52,746 nt of DNA from assembly GCA_944358795.1 (NCBI GenBank), contig CALVRW010000042.1, positions 1 to 52,746 of the forward strand. The letters are read 5' to 3'. The position numbers were made by a program, and so were the translations under genes. Below are positions 33,390 to 43,517 of this stretch, piece by piece. The first letter of the stretch is position 1; each line of letters starts with the position of its first letter. Below the pieces are notes generated by a model. The model saw nothing but the letters and a program-made list of their open reading frames with translations, did not search any database and had not been told where the DNA came from. This DNA comes from an uncultured Bacilli bacterium. GTDB lineage: Bacteria; Bacillota_I; Bacilli_A; RF39; UBA660.

Positions 33390-33585
33390 CAGCTTATTCG
33401 TAACCAAAAACCATCCTTTATAATTTTAATTATACAATACATACTATCCAACTAGTATGAGGAAACATATGCTCCACAAACATCCATCATATTTTTTCTC
33501 AAAATTTAGTTAAATAGCAATTTTCTATTTTTTTATCCTTTTTCGAACCCCAATAAATAGTTAATTTTCTCTTTATTAATAAGTG

Positions 33586-34815
33586 TTATCGTCTACTTAA
33601 TACGCATACACATTCTACATGATAAGTATTCGGAAACATGTCTACTGGGGTAATCATCTTCACATTGTATTTTTCTTGTAATAAGTTTAAATCTCTTGCT
33701 AACGTAATTGGATCACAAGAAACATATACAATCGTTCTAGTATTCCATGTTAATAATTTTGCTACCGTGTCTTTATCTAATCCTTTTCTTGGAGGATCGA
33801 CAATTACAATATCTGGTTTCAATTTTAATTTTTTTACAACCTTACCACAATCTCCACAAACAAATTCAATATTCGTAATTTGATTTCTTTTTTTATTTTT
33901 TAGCGCATTACGAACTGCATCTGGATTAATTTCAATTCCATATACTTGTTTGGCAAATTTACTTACATAAATTCCAATCGTTCCAGTTCCACAATATAAA
34001 TCTAATACGACGTCTTCTTTCGTAATTCCTGCATTCTCTACTACTTTTTGATACAACTTTTCACACTGTTCTAAATTCACTTGAAAAAAGGAACTTGGAG
34101 AAACTTCAAATTGATAGTCTCCAATTGGGAAACAAAGATAATCTAACCCATAAATTGCTTTTTCATTATGACCACGCTTTAAAATAATGGACGTTGCGAC
34201 ATCTTTTAACGTCGAAATAACTTTTTGTTCTTCTAAAGCATCATTTATTTCTAAAATTACCATCACTTCTTCAATCTGTTCATCTGTCTTCACAACGACT
34301 TTCTCAATATGTTGTAATGGTAGTTTTTTTACTTGTTTTAATACTTCATTGATTTTAGGTGTTGCGATATAACAATAATCAATTGGAATTAGATGATAAC
34401 TCTTTTTTCCATAAAATCCGACACAGTTATCTACTTGAAATGTTACCTTATTTCTATAATTTAAAGGATGATTACTAAAAATAATCGGTTTTACTATTTT
34501 TGAGTCTATATGTGCAAATTTTTGCATAATTTCAATCACTTTTTCTTGCTTATATTGTATTTGATCTTCATAACGAATATGCATCAAGTCACAACCACCA
34601 CATACTTCAAAGTATGGACAAATTGGTTTTATCCGTTTCTTACTAGAAATTATAATTTCTTCTACTTCACCAACACCATATTTTTTCTTTTCCTCTACTA
34701 CATTTACTTTTACCACTTCTTCAGGTAATGCATTGGGGATGAAAAATGGTTTATCGTTGATTCTAGCAATTCCTCTTCCTTGATGATCTAATTTTTCTAT
34801 TTTGATATCTTCCAT
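33586..34815 (-). CDS. rlmD: 23S rRNA m5U1939 methyltransferase
   Basis: TRAM domain, CPYFEVCGGC, SFFQVN, DPPRKG, YVSCDP, DMFPNTYHVECV. Confidence 0.95.
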   Translation of the reverse strand: MEDIKIEKLDHQGRGIARINDKPFFIPNALPEEVVKVNVVEEKKKYGVGEVEEIIISSKKRIKPICPYFEVCGGCDLMHIRYEDQIQYKQEKVIEIMQKFAHIDSKIVKPIIFSNHPLNYRNKVTFQVDNCVGFYGKKSYHLIPIDYCYIATPKINEVLKQVKKLPLQHIEKVVVKTDEQIEEVMVILEINDALEEQKVISTLKDVATSIILKRGHNEKAIYGLDYLCFPIGDYQFEVSPSSFFQVNLEQCEKLYQKVVENAGITKEDVVLDLYCGTGTIGIYVSKFAKQVYGIEINPDAVRNALKNKKRNQITNIEFVCGDCGKVVKKLKLKPDIVIVDPPRKGLDKDTVAKLLTWNTRTIVYVSCDPITLARDLNLLQEKYNVKMITPVDMFPNTYHVECVCVLSRR

Positions 34816-34920
34816 AGTTCCACCTAATTTCTCTTTCAATTATACACAAAAATGAGGAAAAATTCTACTAAACACGCATGACATTTTCCGTTTTATACAA
34901 GATAATACTAGGTGATCAAA

Positions 34921-35700
34921 ATGAATTTATTTATTACTGGTGCAAGTAGTGGAATTGCAGCATCCGTTATTCAAAAAATACCAACAGAACATAAAATTTA
35001 CGTGAGTGTTCATACGAAGAAACAATTAGAACTTATTCAAAAACGATATCAAAACGTATCTAACATTCAATGTCTAAAAATGGATATTACTAATTCTAAT
35101 GACATCAAAAAATTAGAGTCTCTTGATATCGATATTTTCATTAGTAATGCAGCGATTGGATATGGAGGAAGTATTCTTGAAATACCTGTTTCTTTACTAC
35201 GAAAAAACTACGAAACAAATGTATTTTCTAATATTCAAAGTATTCAAGTCGTATTAAAAAATATGATTCAAAAAAAACATGGAAGAATCATCGTTATTTC
35301 TTCTTTGGCAAGTTACTTACCAATTCCCTTTTTAGGAAGTTACGCATCTAGTAAAGCCAGTCTCAATCACCTAATCGCAACATTACGATTGGAAATGAAT
35401 TTACTTGATGTCAGTATTCCCATCATCACAATTTTACCAGGATTATATCGTACTGGTTTTAATCAAATAATGACAGAAGAAAAATTTGATCGTATGGATA
35501 TTGATACTTATTTCACAAAACAACTAGAATGGTTAAAAAAATATGAAACACCCATTTATCATCTATTAGAAACAAAAAACTTAGATACCATTTCTAATAC
35601 AATCATAAAAGCTTGTTTCAGTCCAAATCCAAAGCGAATCTATCGAACTAGAAAAACACAAGCTATTTTCGCAAAACTATACCAGTTTCTCTTTGAATAA
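34921..35700 (+). CDS. Short-chain dehydrogenase/reductase
   Basis: TGASSGIA, SNAA, YASSK. Confidence 0.9.
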   Translation: MNLFITGASSGIAASVIQKIPTEHKIYVSVHTKKQLELIQKRYQNVSNIQCLKMDITNSNDIKKLESLDIDIFISNAAIGYGGSILEIPVSLLRKNYETNVFSNIQSIQVVLKNMIQKKHGRIIVISSLASYLPIPFLGSYASSKASLNHLIATLRLEMNLLDVSIPIITILPGLYRTGFNQIMTEEKFDRMDIDTYFTKQLEWLKKYETPIYHLLETKNLDTISNTIIKACFSPNPKRIYRTRKTQAIFAKLYQFLFE

Positions 35701-35723
35701 AAAAAACAATATTACACATACTA
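35695..35723 (+). promoter_or_regulatory. SigG-type promoter of the ger operon
   Basis: GAATA-17 bp-CATACTA; germinant receptor operons are SigG-dependent in Bacillus. Confidence 0.65.
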
Positions 35724-35742
35724 AGATTAAATGAGGGATACT

Positions 35743-37212
35743 ATGCGTGGTAATGTTGAACAAATCTTAAAAAAAATAAAAAATGAAGTTGGTCATAGCA
35801 GTGACTTTTTTTCACGTATTTTAACATTAGGAAATAAAAAAATCTTATATTGTTTCTTTGAAAGTGTTAGTAGTGATGATAAAATTAGTAACTTTTTTAT
35901 GAAAGGAATTACTTCTGATATTCGTTATCAAGAAGATACGTTTGTCGAAGATTTATTTTTCCATTTAAAAAATACAATTATCAATAGTAAACTAACATTG
36001 ATTGAGAAACCAGAAGATATTTATTATTATTTATCCAGTGGATTTACTTGTATCTTTGTTGAAGGCTATCAAAAAGTAATTGCAATTGAAACAAAAGCGA
36101 TTCTAGATAGAAGTGTCTCTGAATCTAGTAGTGAAGCAATTATTCGCGGGCCAAAAGATAGTTTTACGGAAAACTATATGGTAAATCTTGGACTAATAAG
36201 AAAAAGAATTAAAGATAAAAATTTACGAATGGATGAAGTCAAACTAGGAAAACGAACACAGACAAAAATTGCGATAAGTTATATCAAAGATATTGCCGAT
36301 TTAGAGCATGTCAAAATGATTCAGGATAGACTAAACTCAATTGACATCGATGGCGTGATTGACTCTAGTTATTTAGCTGAATTTTTATCTCCTAATCAAC
36401 ATTCTAGCTTTCCTAAAATAATTAGTACAGAACGACCTGATTTAGTCTGTCAATCTTTACTAAATGGAAAAATATGTATTTTTGTAGAAAATACCCCTTA
36501 TGTATTAATATTACCAGCTCTATTAGTCGATTTTTTACAATCACCTGAGGATCATTATCAAAAACCAAGTAATGTTAGTTTTACAAGAATATTAAGAACA
36601 ATGGCCTTCTTAATTACCCTTCTTACACCTGCTATTTATATTGCAGTTACAACCTTTAATCAAGAAATGATTCCCGATCGTTTATTAATCTCACTTGCAA
36701 TTCAAAGAGAATTCGTTCCTTTTCCAACCGCATTTGAAGTATTAATGTTAATGATTGTTTTTGAAATGTTACGAGAAAGTGATATTAGAATTCCAAAAAT
36801 TACGGGAACAGCAATCAGTGTTGTTGGTGCACTCGTTCTTGGAGATGCTGCTGTCAATGCCGGTATTATTTCACCAATCGTCGTTATCATTATTGCAATT
36901 ACATCCATTTGTGGATTACTATTTACAGATGTCGACTTTGTAAATTCACTCAGGTTTTGGCGTATCTTCTTTGTATTTTGTGCTACCATCTTGGGTATCG
37001 TTGGAATTGTAGCGGGAGGAATTATCTTCATCACAAAACTAGCAAGTTTAGAATGTATAGGGACACCATATTTAGCTCCACTCAGTCCTTTTAATGCAAA
37101 AGCAAATAAAGATGCGATTATTCGCGCTCCACGAAACAAATTAAAAACAAGATCTATTTTCTTAACAAAGAAAAATAACACAAGATTAGGGGTGAAACAT
37201 CATGAAAATTAA
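35743..37212 (+). CDS. Spore germination receptor A subunit (GerA/GerKA family)
   Basis: RGPKDSFTE, TERPD, PFP...E.LRE..IRIP, VGALVLGDAAV.AG. Confidence 0.95.
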   Translation: MRGNVEQILKKIKNEVGHSSDFFSRILTLGNKKILYCFFESVSSDDKISNFFMKGITSDIRYQEDTFVEDLFFHLKNTIINSKLTLIEKPEDIYYYLSSGFTCIFVEGYQKVIAIETKAILDRSVSESSSEAIIRGPKDSFTENYMVNLGLIRKRIKDKNLRMDEVKLGKRTQTKIAISYIKDIADLEHVKMIQDRLNSIDIDGVIDSSYLAEFLSPNQHSSFPKIISTERPDLVCQSLLNGKICIFVENTPYVLILPALLVDFLQSPEDHYQKPSNVSFTRILRTMAFLITLLTPAIYIAVTTFNQEMIPDRLLISLAIQREFVPFPTAFEVLMLMIVFEMLRESDIRIPKITGTAISVVGALVLGDAAVNAGIISPIVVIIIAITSICGLLFTDVDFVNSLRFWRIFFVFCATILGIVGIVAGGIIFITKLASLECIGTPYLAPLSPFNAKANKDAIIRAPRNKLKTRSIFLTKKNNTRLGVKHHEN

Positions 37213-38392
37213 ATTATTAGTTTTATGTTGTATCACTTTTTTACTATGCGGTTGTTGGAATTACAATGAATTAAATCAAATTGCCATTGTAACAGCGCTT
37301 GGGATTGATAAAGATAAAAAAGAAAACACTTATCAAATATCAGCTACGATATCTAATGCACACGGTACACAATCTAATACCAAGGAAGGACAAAGTCAAA
37401 CCGTTATCATTGAAGGAAAAGGTCATACAATTTCAGAAGCCCTCAATGATATTGACCTTCAATCACCAAAAGAAATTTATTTAGGTAGTTTGAATGTGAT
37501 TATTTTTTCTGAAGACGTTGCTAAAGAAGGAGTAAATAAAATTGCTGACTTTCTCATGCGAGAACCAGAAAGTAGAAAAAAGTTTTATTTACTCGTGACA
37601 CAAGATGAAAAAGCAAGTGATGTTCTTCAAATTCTTTCTCCTTTAGAAGCCCTTCCATCACAAAATATTGCGTCTAACATTCTCGAAGCAACCAATTATC
37701 AAGCTGTAGTAGCTGATATCAATTACTCAGATTTTATCCGTACTTTAATTGAACCTGGAAAACAACCAGTTCTTAGTAGTATTAAAATTACTGGGGATAA
37801 AAAAGATGGATCAAAATATAGTAGCTTAGAACAATCCAAACCAGCAGGAGCAATCAAATTATCAAATTTAGCCATTTTTAAAAAGGATAAGTTACTGGGG
37901 TTTGCCAATAAAAAGGAAAGCCAAGGTATTAACTTAATTGCTAATGAGGCAAAAAGAATTACGATTGAAACAAAATGTGATAACGATTATATGGTAGCAG
38001 AATTAAATCATCCACATAATACTATAACCGTATCTCTTCAAAATAATAAACCCGTAGTAAAAATGTCTTTAACATCAAAAGGAAATATTACAGAAATGGG
38101 TTGTAATCTAGATTTACGAGATCCTAAAACAATCGATACAATTACCAAAAAATTCGAAAAAGATACTGCTGATATACTGAAAGCAGGAATTCATATGGCT
38201 CAGAAAAAATATAAAAGTGATATTTTTGGTATTGGAAGAAAATTTCAAAAAAGCTATCCAAGTTATTTTCATAAACACCAAAACAATTGGGATGATGAAA
38301 TTTTTTCTAAACTAAAAATTCAAGTACATGTTGATTTAGATTTAGAAACAAAAGGATCACTAGAACAATCTATTAGAAAGGAAGAATCCTAA
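37202..38392 (+). CDS. Germination receptor C subunit lipoprotein (Ger(x)C)
   Basis: LCGCWNYNEL lipobox, SDIFGIG. Confidence 0.93.
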   Translation: MKIKLLVLCCITFLLCGCWNYNELNQIAIVTALGIDKDKKENTYQISATISNAHGTQSNTKEGQSQTVIIEGKGHTISEALNDIDLQSPKEIYLGSLNVIIFSEDVAKEGVNKIADFLMREPESRKKFYLLVTQDEKASDVLQILSPLEALPSQNIASNILEATNYQAVVADINYSDFIRTLIEPGKQPVLSSIKITGDKKDGSKYSSLEQSKPAGAIKLSNLAIFKKDKLLGFANKKESQGINLIANEAKRITIETKCDNDYMVAELNHPHNTITVSLQNNKPVVKMSLTSKGNITEMGCNLDLRDPKTIDTITKKFEKDTADILKAGIHMAQKKYKSDIFGIGRKFQKSYPSYFHKHQNNWDDEIFSKLKIQVHVDLDLETKGSLEQSIRKEES

Positions 38393-39489
38393 TGAAGAAT
38401 AAATTAAGTTGTCTTGAGATGGGGACTTTTATGTTTTATATTATGCGATGTTTTTTCATTGGTATTACGATTAACAATATCGTATATATTGCTAATCAAG
38501 ATAGTTATCTTTCCATTATTATTGGATTTCTAATTGGATTCATTCCTCTCTTATTATTTTATTATTTATCAAATTATAAAAAAGATTTGAATATAGTAGA
38601 GTTAATAGAACATCTACTTGGTCCATATTTAGGAAAGGGAATCAATCTTCTCTTATCCATATTTGTTCTTTTTCTTTCAACGATTATATACTGGAATTTT
38701 ACTACCTTTATCGCATCACAATACTTATCAGATACCCCTTCTCTTGCGATTAGCATTGTCTTTTTATTTCCAACGATTTATCTTTTAAATAAAGGTATTT
38801 ACGTAATTGCGAAAAGTAGTGTCATGATGTTTTTCATCTGTATTGTTTTAACATTACTACCATTTATTGGACTATTTTTTCAACTAGATATGGATAATTT
38901 TTTACCATTCCTATATCAAGGCCCAACCCCTGTTTTAAAAGGAAGTTTTATTTATTTAGCAAATAATATCCTTCCTATTTTTTTGCTACTGATTATTCCA
39001 AAAGATATGATTCAAGAGCAAAAGAAACTTCCAAAATACTTAATCTTATTTTATATCATGACAACGTTATTACTTTTTATATTATTTTTCTTAACACTAG
39101 GAATCTTTGGTGTCAATCTAACTAAAATTTTTCAATACCCGGAATTTCATCTATTAAAAAGAGCTTCCTTGTTTGGTTTTATTCAAAGAATTGAAAGTAC
39201 CCTTTCGATTCAATGGATTTTAGACTTATTCATGTGCAATATTCTCGCACTCTATTTCGTTATTGAATCAATACGAATTACGTTTCATATGAAAAGTCAA
39301 AAATTATATCAAATACTTTTAATCATTGTTAGTACTTTTGTCTCAATTGCTAGTAACTATGTATTTAAAAATAATACGATTGGTACTGAAGTATTGATGT
39401 TTCCATTTTCCTTTCTACTTTATCTTTTCTTTTTCCTAATCCCATTCTTTCTAGTAATCATCGCTCATATGAAACGAAAAACACAGTAG
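38392..39489 (+). CDS. Germination receptor B subunit (GerAB/KB permease)
   Basis: Multi-TM protein, NFLP, YP...FIQRIE; third gene of the operon. Confidence 0.9.
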   Translation: MKNKLSCLEMGTFMFYIMRCFFIGITINNIVYIANQDSYLSIIIGFLIGFIPLLLFYYLSNYKKDLNIVELIEHLLGPYLGKGINLLLSIFVLFLSTIIYWNFTTFIASQYLSDTPSLAISIVFLFPTIYLLNKGIYVIAKSSVMMFFICIVLTLLPFIGLFFQLDMDNFLPFLYQGPTPVLKGSFIYLANNILPIFLLLIIPKDMIQEQKKLPKYLILFYIMTTLLLFILFFLTLGIFGVNLTKIFQYPEFHLLKRASLFGFIQRIESTLSIQWILDLFMCNILALYFVIESIRITFHMKSQKLYQILLIIVSTFVSIASNYVFKNNTIGTEVLMFPFSFLLYLFFFLIPFFLVIIAHMKRKTQ

Positions 39490-39503
39490 ACTTCTACTGT
39501 GTT
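39480..39503. terminator. Bidirectional terminator between convergent genes
   Basis: ACACAGTAGA-CT-TCTACTGTGT inverted repeat with A/T-rich flanks. Confidence 0.7.
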
Positions 39504-40323
39504 ATTTTGGCATCTTCATAAAGAATAATACAATCATAATAATAATTGCTACTGCAACAATGGCAATTAACACTTTGATTAAGATATTATTACGACGATA
39601 TTTTGAACTTAATTCTCTTAGTTCTTCAAAATCTTCATCATCAAAATTTAAACTAGAAGTATAAAAAGATTTATCTAATTCTCTTACTTCTTCTGGTTCT
39701 TCTTCTTTTTGTTTTTCTTTCGCCTCTTGTAATATCTTTTGAATAGATTCTTTATTTAAAGTACTAGTATTGGTATGATCAGATTTTAAATCATCTAATA
39801 AATCTAATGATAGATCTCGATCGTTAATTTGTTCTAAAGCTTTATGATTGGTAATGGTATGAATTAATTCTTTTAATTCTTGACTTTCTTCATCTTTTTC
39901 CTTTTTTCCAATCTGATCATCTAATTTTATATTTTTTAAAATATTATATTGTGTATTTTTTAAATTACGATATTGATTTTTCTCTTCATCACTTTTATCT
40001 TTTTTTGCTTTTACTAAAATATCACGTATATCATAATTTCTTTCATCTTTTGTATCTTCTTTTTCTGAAATTTGGGGTAGTGGAATTGTACGTTTAAATA
40101 CAGGTTCTGATGTTTTTTTTCTTTTTTTCTCTTCTTCCTCTCGTAGCATTTCTCGAATACGATTAATATCAATTTCATTCGTTTTTTCGATTCTTGCAAT
40201 TCCTTCTACATTAGAATACTCAATATTATCATTATAAATGCTATCATATAAACTTTCATTTCTACGGCTTCGTTTTTTTGTTTCCGTATCATGGCTATGA
40301 TATCGATCCATACGACTTGCCAT
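39502..40323 (-). CDS. Hypothetical protein with C-terminal membrane anchor
   Basis: Charged soluble body, single C-terminal TM helix, GAGGTGG RBS. Confidence 0.75.
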   Translation of the reverse strand: MASRMDRYHSHDTETKKRSRRNESLYDSIYNDNIEYSNVEGIARIEKTNEIDINRIREMLREEEEKKRKKTSEPVFKRTIPLPQISEKEDTKDERNYDIRDILVKAKKDKSDEEKNQYRNLKNTQYNILKNIKLDDQIGKKEKDEESQELKELIHTITNHKALEQINDRDLSLDLLDDLKSDHTNTSTLNKESIQKILQEAKEKQKEEEPEEVRELDKSFYTSSLNFDDEDFEELRELSSKYRRNNILIKVLIAIVAVAIIIMIVLFFMKMPK

Positions 40324-40427
40324 CAGCACCACCTCGCATTATAATAATACCACAATTTATATCAATTTTAAACAATTAGATTGAATTTTCGACCATTTTT
40401 TTCTATAATGAATATGGAGGATAGATT

Positions 40428-40628
40428 ATGGAAAAGGTAAAAGTAAATAGTGATATTTGTATTGGTTGTGGAGCTTGTGCAGCTACTTATCCAGAAGTCT
40501 TTATGTTTAACGATGAAGGTACTGCTGAAGTAGTAGAAGAACAACAATCACAACCAGAAGATGTTGCAGAAGAAATGACTGGAATTTGTCCAGTTGGAGC
40601 AATTAGTTCTGAAGCAGAAGAAAAATAA
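40428..40628 (+). CDS. Ferredoxin
   Basis: CIGCGAC...CPVGAI. Confidence 0.93.
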   Translation: MEKVKVNSDICIGCGACAATYPEVFMFNDEGTAEVVEEQQSQPEDVAEEMTGICPVGAISSEAEEK

Positions 40629-40641
40629 CCTGGGAGGAATT

Positions 40642-41511
40642 ATGAAAAAAGTTAGAAAAGCCGTGATTCCTGTTGCTGGTATGGGAACAAGATTTTTACC
40701 AGTTACAAAAAGTATTCCAAAAGAAATGTTACCAATCATCGATATTCCGACAATTGATATGATTGTAGAGGAAGCAGTTCAAAGTGGAATTGAAGAAATT
40801 TTATTTATTACAAGTCCTTATAAAAAAGGAATAGAAGATTACTTTGATCGTAGCTATGAATTAGAATCGAGATTAGAAAAAAGTGGAAAATTACAACAAT
40901 TGGAAATGGTACGAAAAATTTCTGATAAAGTGAAAATATTTACTGTAAGACAAGGAGAACCACTTGGTAGTGGACATGCTGTCTTACTTGCGAAATCTTT
41001 TGTTGGAGAAGAACCATTTGCCGTATTATTTGGAGATGACTTAATCAAAGGGACAACACCTGCTTTAAAAGAATTAATCGATATTCATGATAAAACAGGA
41101 GCGAATGTCATTGGAGTACAGGAAGTTCCCCATGAACTAACCTATAAATATGGAATTATTGATTTTCAAGATGATACACAGGATAAAATCAAATCGATTA
41201 TTGAAAAACCAACTGTCGAAGAAGCACCTAGCAATTATGCTGGATTAGGTAGATATATTGTAAACCCTGAATTATTTGACTGTCTAGAAGCCATTAAAAC
41301 AGGGGCTGGTGGTGAATATCAATTTGTCGATGGATTAAAGGAATTAATGCGTACACAAGATTTTTATGCATGTAAATTTACAGGAACATACTTTGACATT
41401 GGAAATCAATTAGGATATTTAAAAGCGAATATTGAATATGGGTTAGAACGTGAAGATCTAAAAAAAGAATTACTTGCATATTTGAAAGAAAAAACAGATG
41501 ATCAAGCATAA
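40642..41511 (+). CDS. galU: UTP-glucose-1-phosphate uridylyltransferase
   Basis: KAVIPVAGMGTRFLPVTKSIPKEMLP, RQGEPLGSGHAV, IEKP. Confidence 0.96.
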   Translation: MKKVRKAVIPVAGMGTRFLPVTKSIPKEMLPIIDIPTIDMIVEEAVQSGIEEILFITSPYKKGIEDYFDRSYELESRLEKSGKLQQLEMVRKISDKVKIFTVRQGEPLGSGHAVLLAKSFVGEEPFAVLFGDDLIKGTTPALKELIDIHDKTGANVIGVQEVPHELTYKYGIIDFQDDTQDKIKSIIEKPTVEEAPSNYAGLGRYIVNPELFDCLEAIKTGAGGEYQFVDGLKELMRTQDFYACKFTGTYFDIGNQLGYLKANIEYGLEREDLKKELLAYLKEKTDDQA

Positions 41512-41523
41512 TCATCTGTTTTT
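41490..41523. terminator. Bidirectional terminator overlapping both stop codons
   Basis: AAAAACAGATGAT-8-ATCATCTGTTTTT. Confidence 0.7.
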
Positions 41524-42720
41524 CCATCTTATCAAACATTTTGTACTAATATCTTCAATGAATTTTTTCTGATACTCTGATTCTACATCAGTAAAAATAG
41601 GAGTAATCCCTAATTCTAAATACATTTTAACAAAATATTGTAACATCGTACAAAGTCTTTCTTCATTCATTGCTTTAATTAATACATCTTTTCCAACTTT
41701 AATATAGTCTACTTCAATTGCAGCAGCTACAGTTAAACTATAACTTTGTTCTAAAATACCAAAATATTGTAATCCGATTTTAAAACCATAAGATTGAATC
41801 TCTCTTGTTACATATAATAATTCTGTTAAACTATCTTGGTAATTTGTATAATTAATATTAATACAAACTTGTTCCGTAGATAATCCTTTATCTTCTATTA
41901 GTTCCTTTAATTTCTTTAAAAACGTATAATAATTCAAATAAATGCTTAAAAAAGAAAAATTAAGGACATAACAAGTATTAGGATCCATTTCAATCGTTTC
42001 TAATAACGTGTTCATCATATAAGTATCTAGCTTTGTAAAGCGACAATACTTCTTAAATAACGGAAGATTTTTTGATTGATATAAATCATGTTCATAATCT
42101 TCTAACATTCTGATTTCAAACATTTTAATCTCATCATTCACTGTTTGTATTGCCAGTTTATGATAAGAGATTTCTTTTTCTTTCATCAGCCGATCGATTT
42201 TTTGAATTGCTTCATTTTGTTTTTTTAATTCTTCATCTAACTCTTCTGTATAATATTGAACATAAATACTAGGACTTCTTGGATATAACATTGCTACTGT
42301 AGCTCTTCTGATATCCTCATTAATTCCTAAATTACTATTTAAAGAAATTCCACATAGAAACTTAATTTCCATTGGAAAAATATTATCCATATACTTTTGA
42401 TGTAACTCAGTAATCAATTTCTTAAAAAATTGTCCTACTTCATTAATTGATTGGTCGGTTATTACGACAAAATCACCATCAACAACAGATCCAATTAAAG
42501 AATCTTTATAATATTCTCTTATCGTCTTAATAAATTCATCAATCGTTTCTCTTGTCTTTCCATAAAAACAAGTTGCAACAATATCTCTAAAATTTGTAAT
42601 ACGAATTGCTAAAACATAAGAATTTTGATGCGTTCTTATATACTTATTATATTCATAATTAAGTTGTTTTGGGGTTAAAACATTACTACTATTACTGCTG
42701 TGATACCAACGAGTAATCAT
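41512..42720 (-). CDS. Degenerate GGDEF-EAL domain protein
   Basis: Domain layout recognisable (DGDFVV, CGIS; GFKIGLQYFG, VDYIKVGK, DVESEYQ) but GGDEF, EAL and DDFG motifs are lost. Confidence 0.75.
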   Translation of the reverse strand: MITRWYHSSNSSNVLTPKQLNYEYNKYIRTHQNSYVLAIRITNFRDIVATCFYGKTRETIDEFIKTIREYYKDSLIGSVVDGDFVVITDQSINEVGQFFKKLITELHQKYMDNIFPMEIKFLCGISLNSNLGINEDIRRATVAMLYPRSPSIYVQYYTEELDEELKKQNEAIQKIDRLMKEKEISYHKLAIQTVNDEIKMFEIRMLEDYEHDLYQSKNLPLFKKYCRFTKLDTYMMNTLLETIEMDPNTCYVLNFSFLSIYLNYYTFLKKLKELIEDKGLSTEQVCININYTNYQDSLTELLYVTREIQSYGFKIGLQYFGILEQSYSLTVAAAIEVDYIKVGKDVLIKAMNEERLCTMLQYFVKMYLELGITPIFTDVESEYQKKFIEDISTKCLIRWKNR

Positions 42721-42722
42721 AG

Positions 42723-43445
42723 TTATTGTTTTAAGTCTACTTCACTATATAATTTTTTTACTTCTTTTGGATTTAGGCGTCTATATTCGCCTGAATTTAA
42801 CCCTCGTAAATCTAAGAACGAAATTCTTTCTCTTTTTAATTTTAATACATCTTTTCCAACTGCTTGAAACATTTTCTTAACCTGATGATTTCTACCTTCA
42901 TGTATGATAATTTCTACAATACTTGTATCAGTTTTTCGATCATAACGTTTTACTTTTACCTTTGATCTTGCTGTTTTTACACCATCTATCATAACACCTC
43001 TTTTTAATTGTTCTATCATAGTTGGATGTAAAATACCTTTTATTTTTGCAATATAAACTTTATCAATCTTATTTTTAGGATGCATAAGTAAATTAGCAAG
43101 CTCTCCATCATTCGTTAAAATGATGGCTCCAGTTGTATCATAATCTAATCTTCCAACTGGATAAATTCTCGCATTTGTTTCAATGAGATCTACTACTGTT
43201 TTTCTCTTTTTATCATCACTTGTTGTCGTAACAACACTTCTTGGTTTATAAAGTAAATAATATTCTTTCTGTTCTTTATTAATTTTTTCTCCATCGATTT
43301 CGATTCGATCTTTATTTGATACTTTACTTCCAAGTTCGGTTACTACAATTCCATTTACTGCTACATGGCCAGTTTGAATTAATTCTTCTGCTTTTCTTCT
43401 AGAACAATATCCACTAGCCGCAATTACTTTTTGTAATCTTTCCAT
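42723..43445 (-). CDS. rluB: 23S rRNA pseudouridine synthase RluB
   Basis: ERLQKVIA.SG.CSRRKAE S4 domain, PVGRLDYDTTG, EGRNHQVK. Confidence 0.93.
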   Translation of the reverse strand: MERLQKVIAASGYCSRRKAEELIQTGHVAVNGIVVTELGSKVSNKDRIEIDGEKINKEQKEYYLLYKPRSVVTTTSDDKKRKTVVDLIETNARIYPVGRLDYDTTGAIILTNDGELANLLMHPKNKIDKVYIAKIKGILHPTMIEQLKRGVMIDGVKTARSKVKVKRYDRKTDTSIVEIIIHEGRNHQVKKMFQAVGKDVLKLKRERISFLDLRGLNSGEYRRLNPKEVKKLYSEVDLKQ

Positions 43446-43517
43446 AACAACCTCACCTCGCACTACAATTATACCTTACTCGTCCATAAATTTCAATCAA
43501 CAAACCGACAATTTTTA

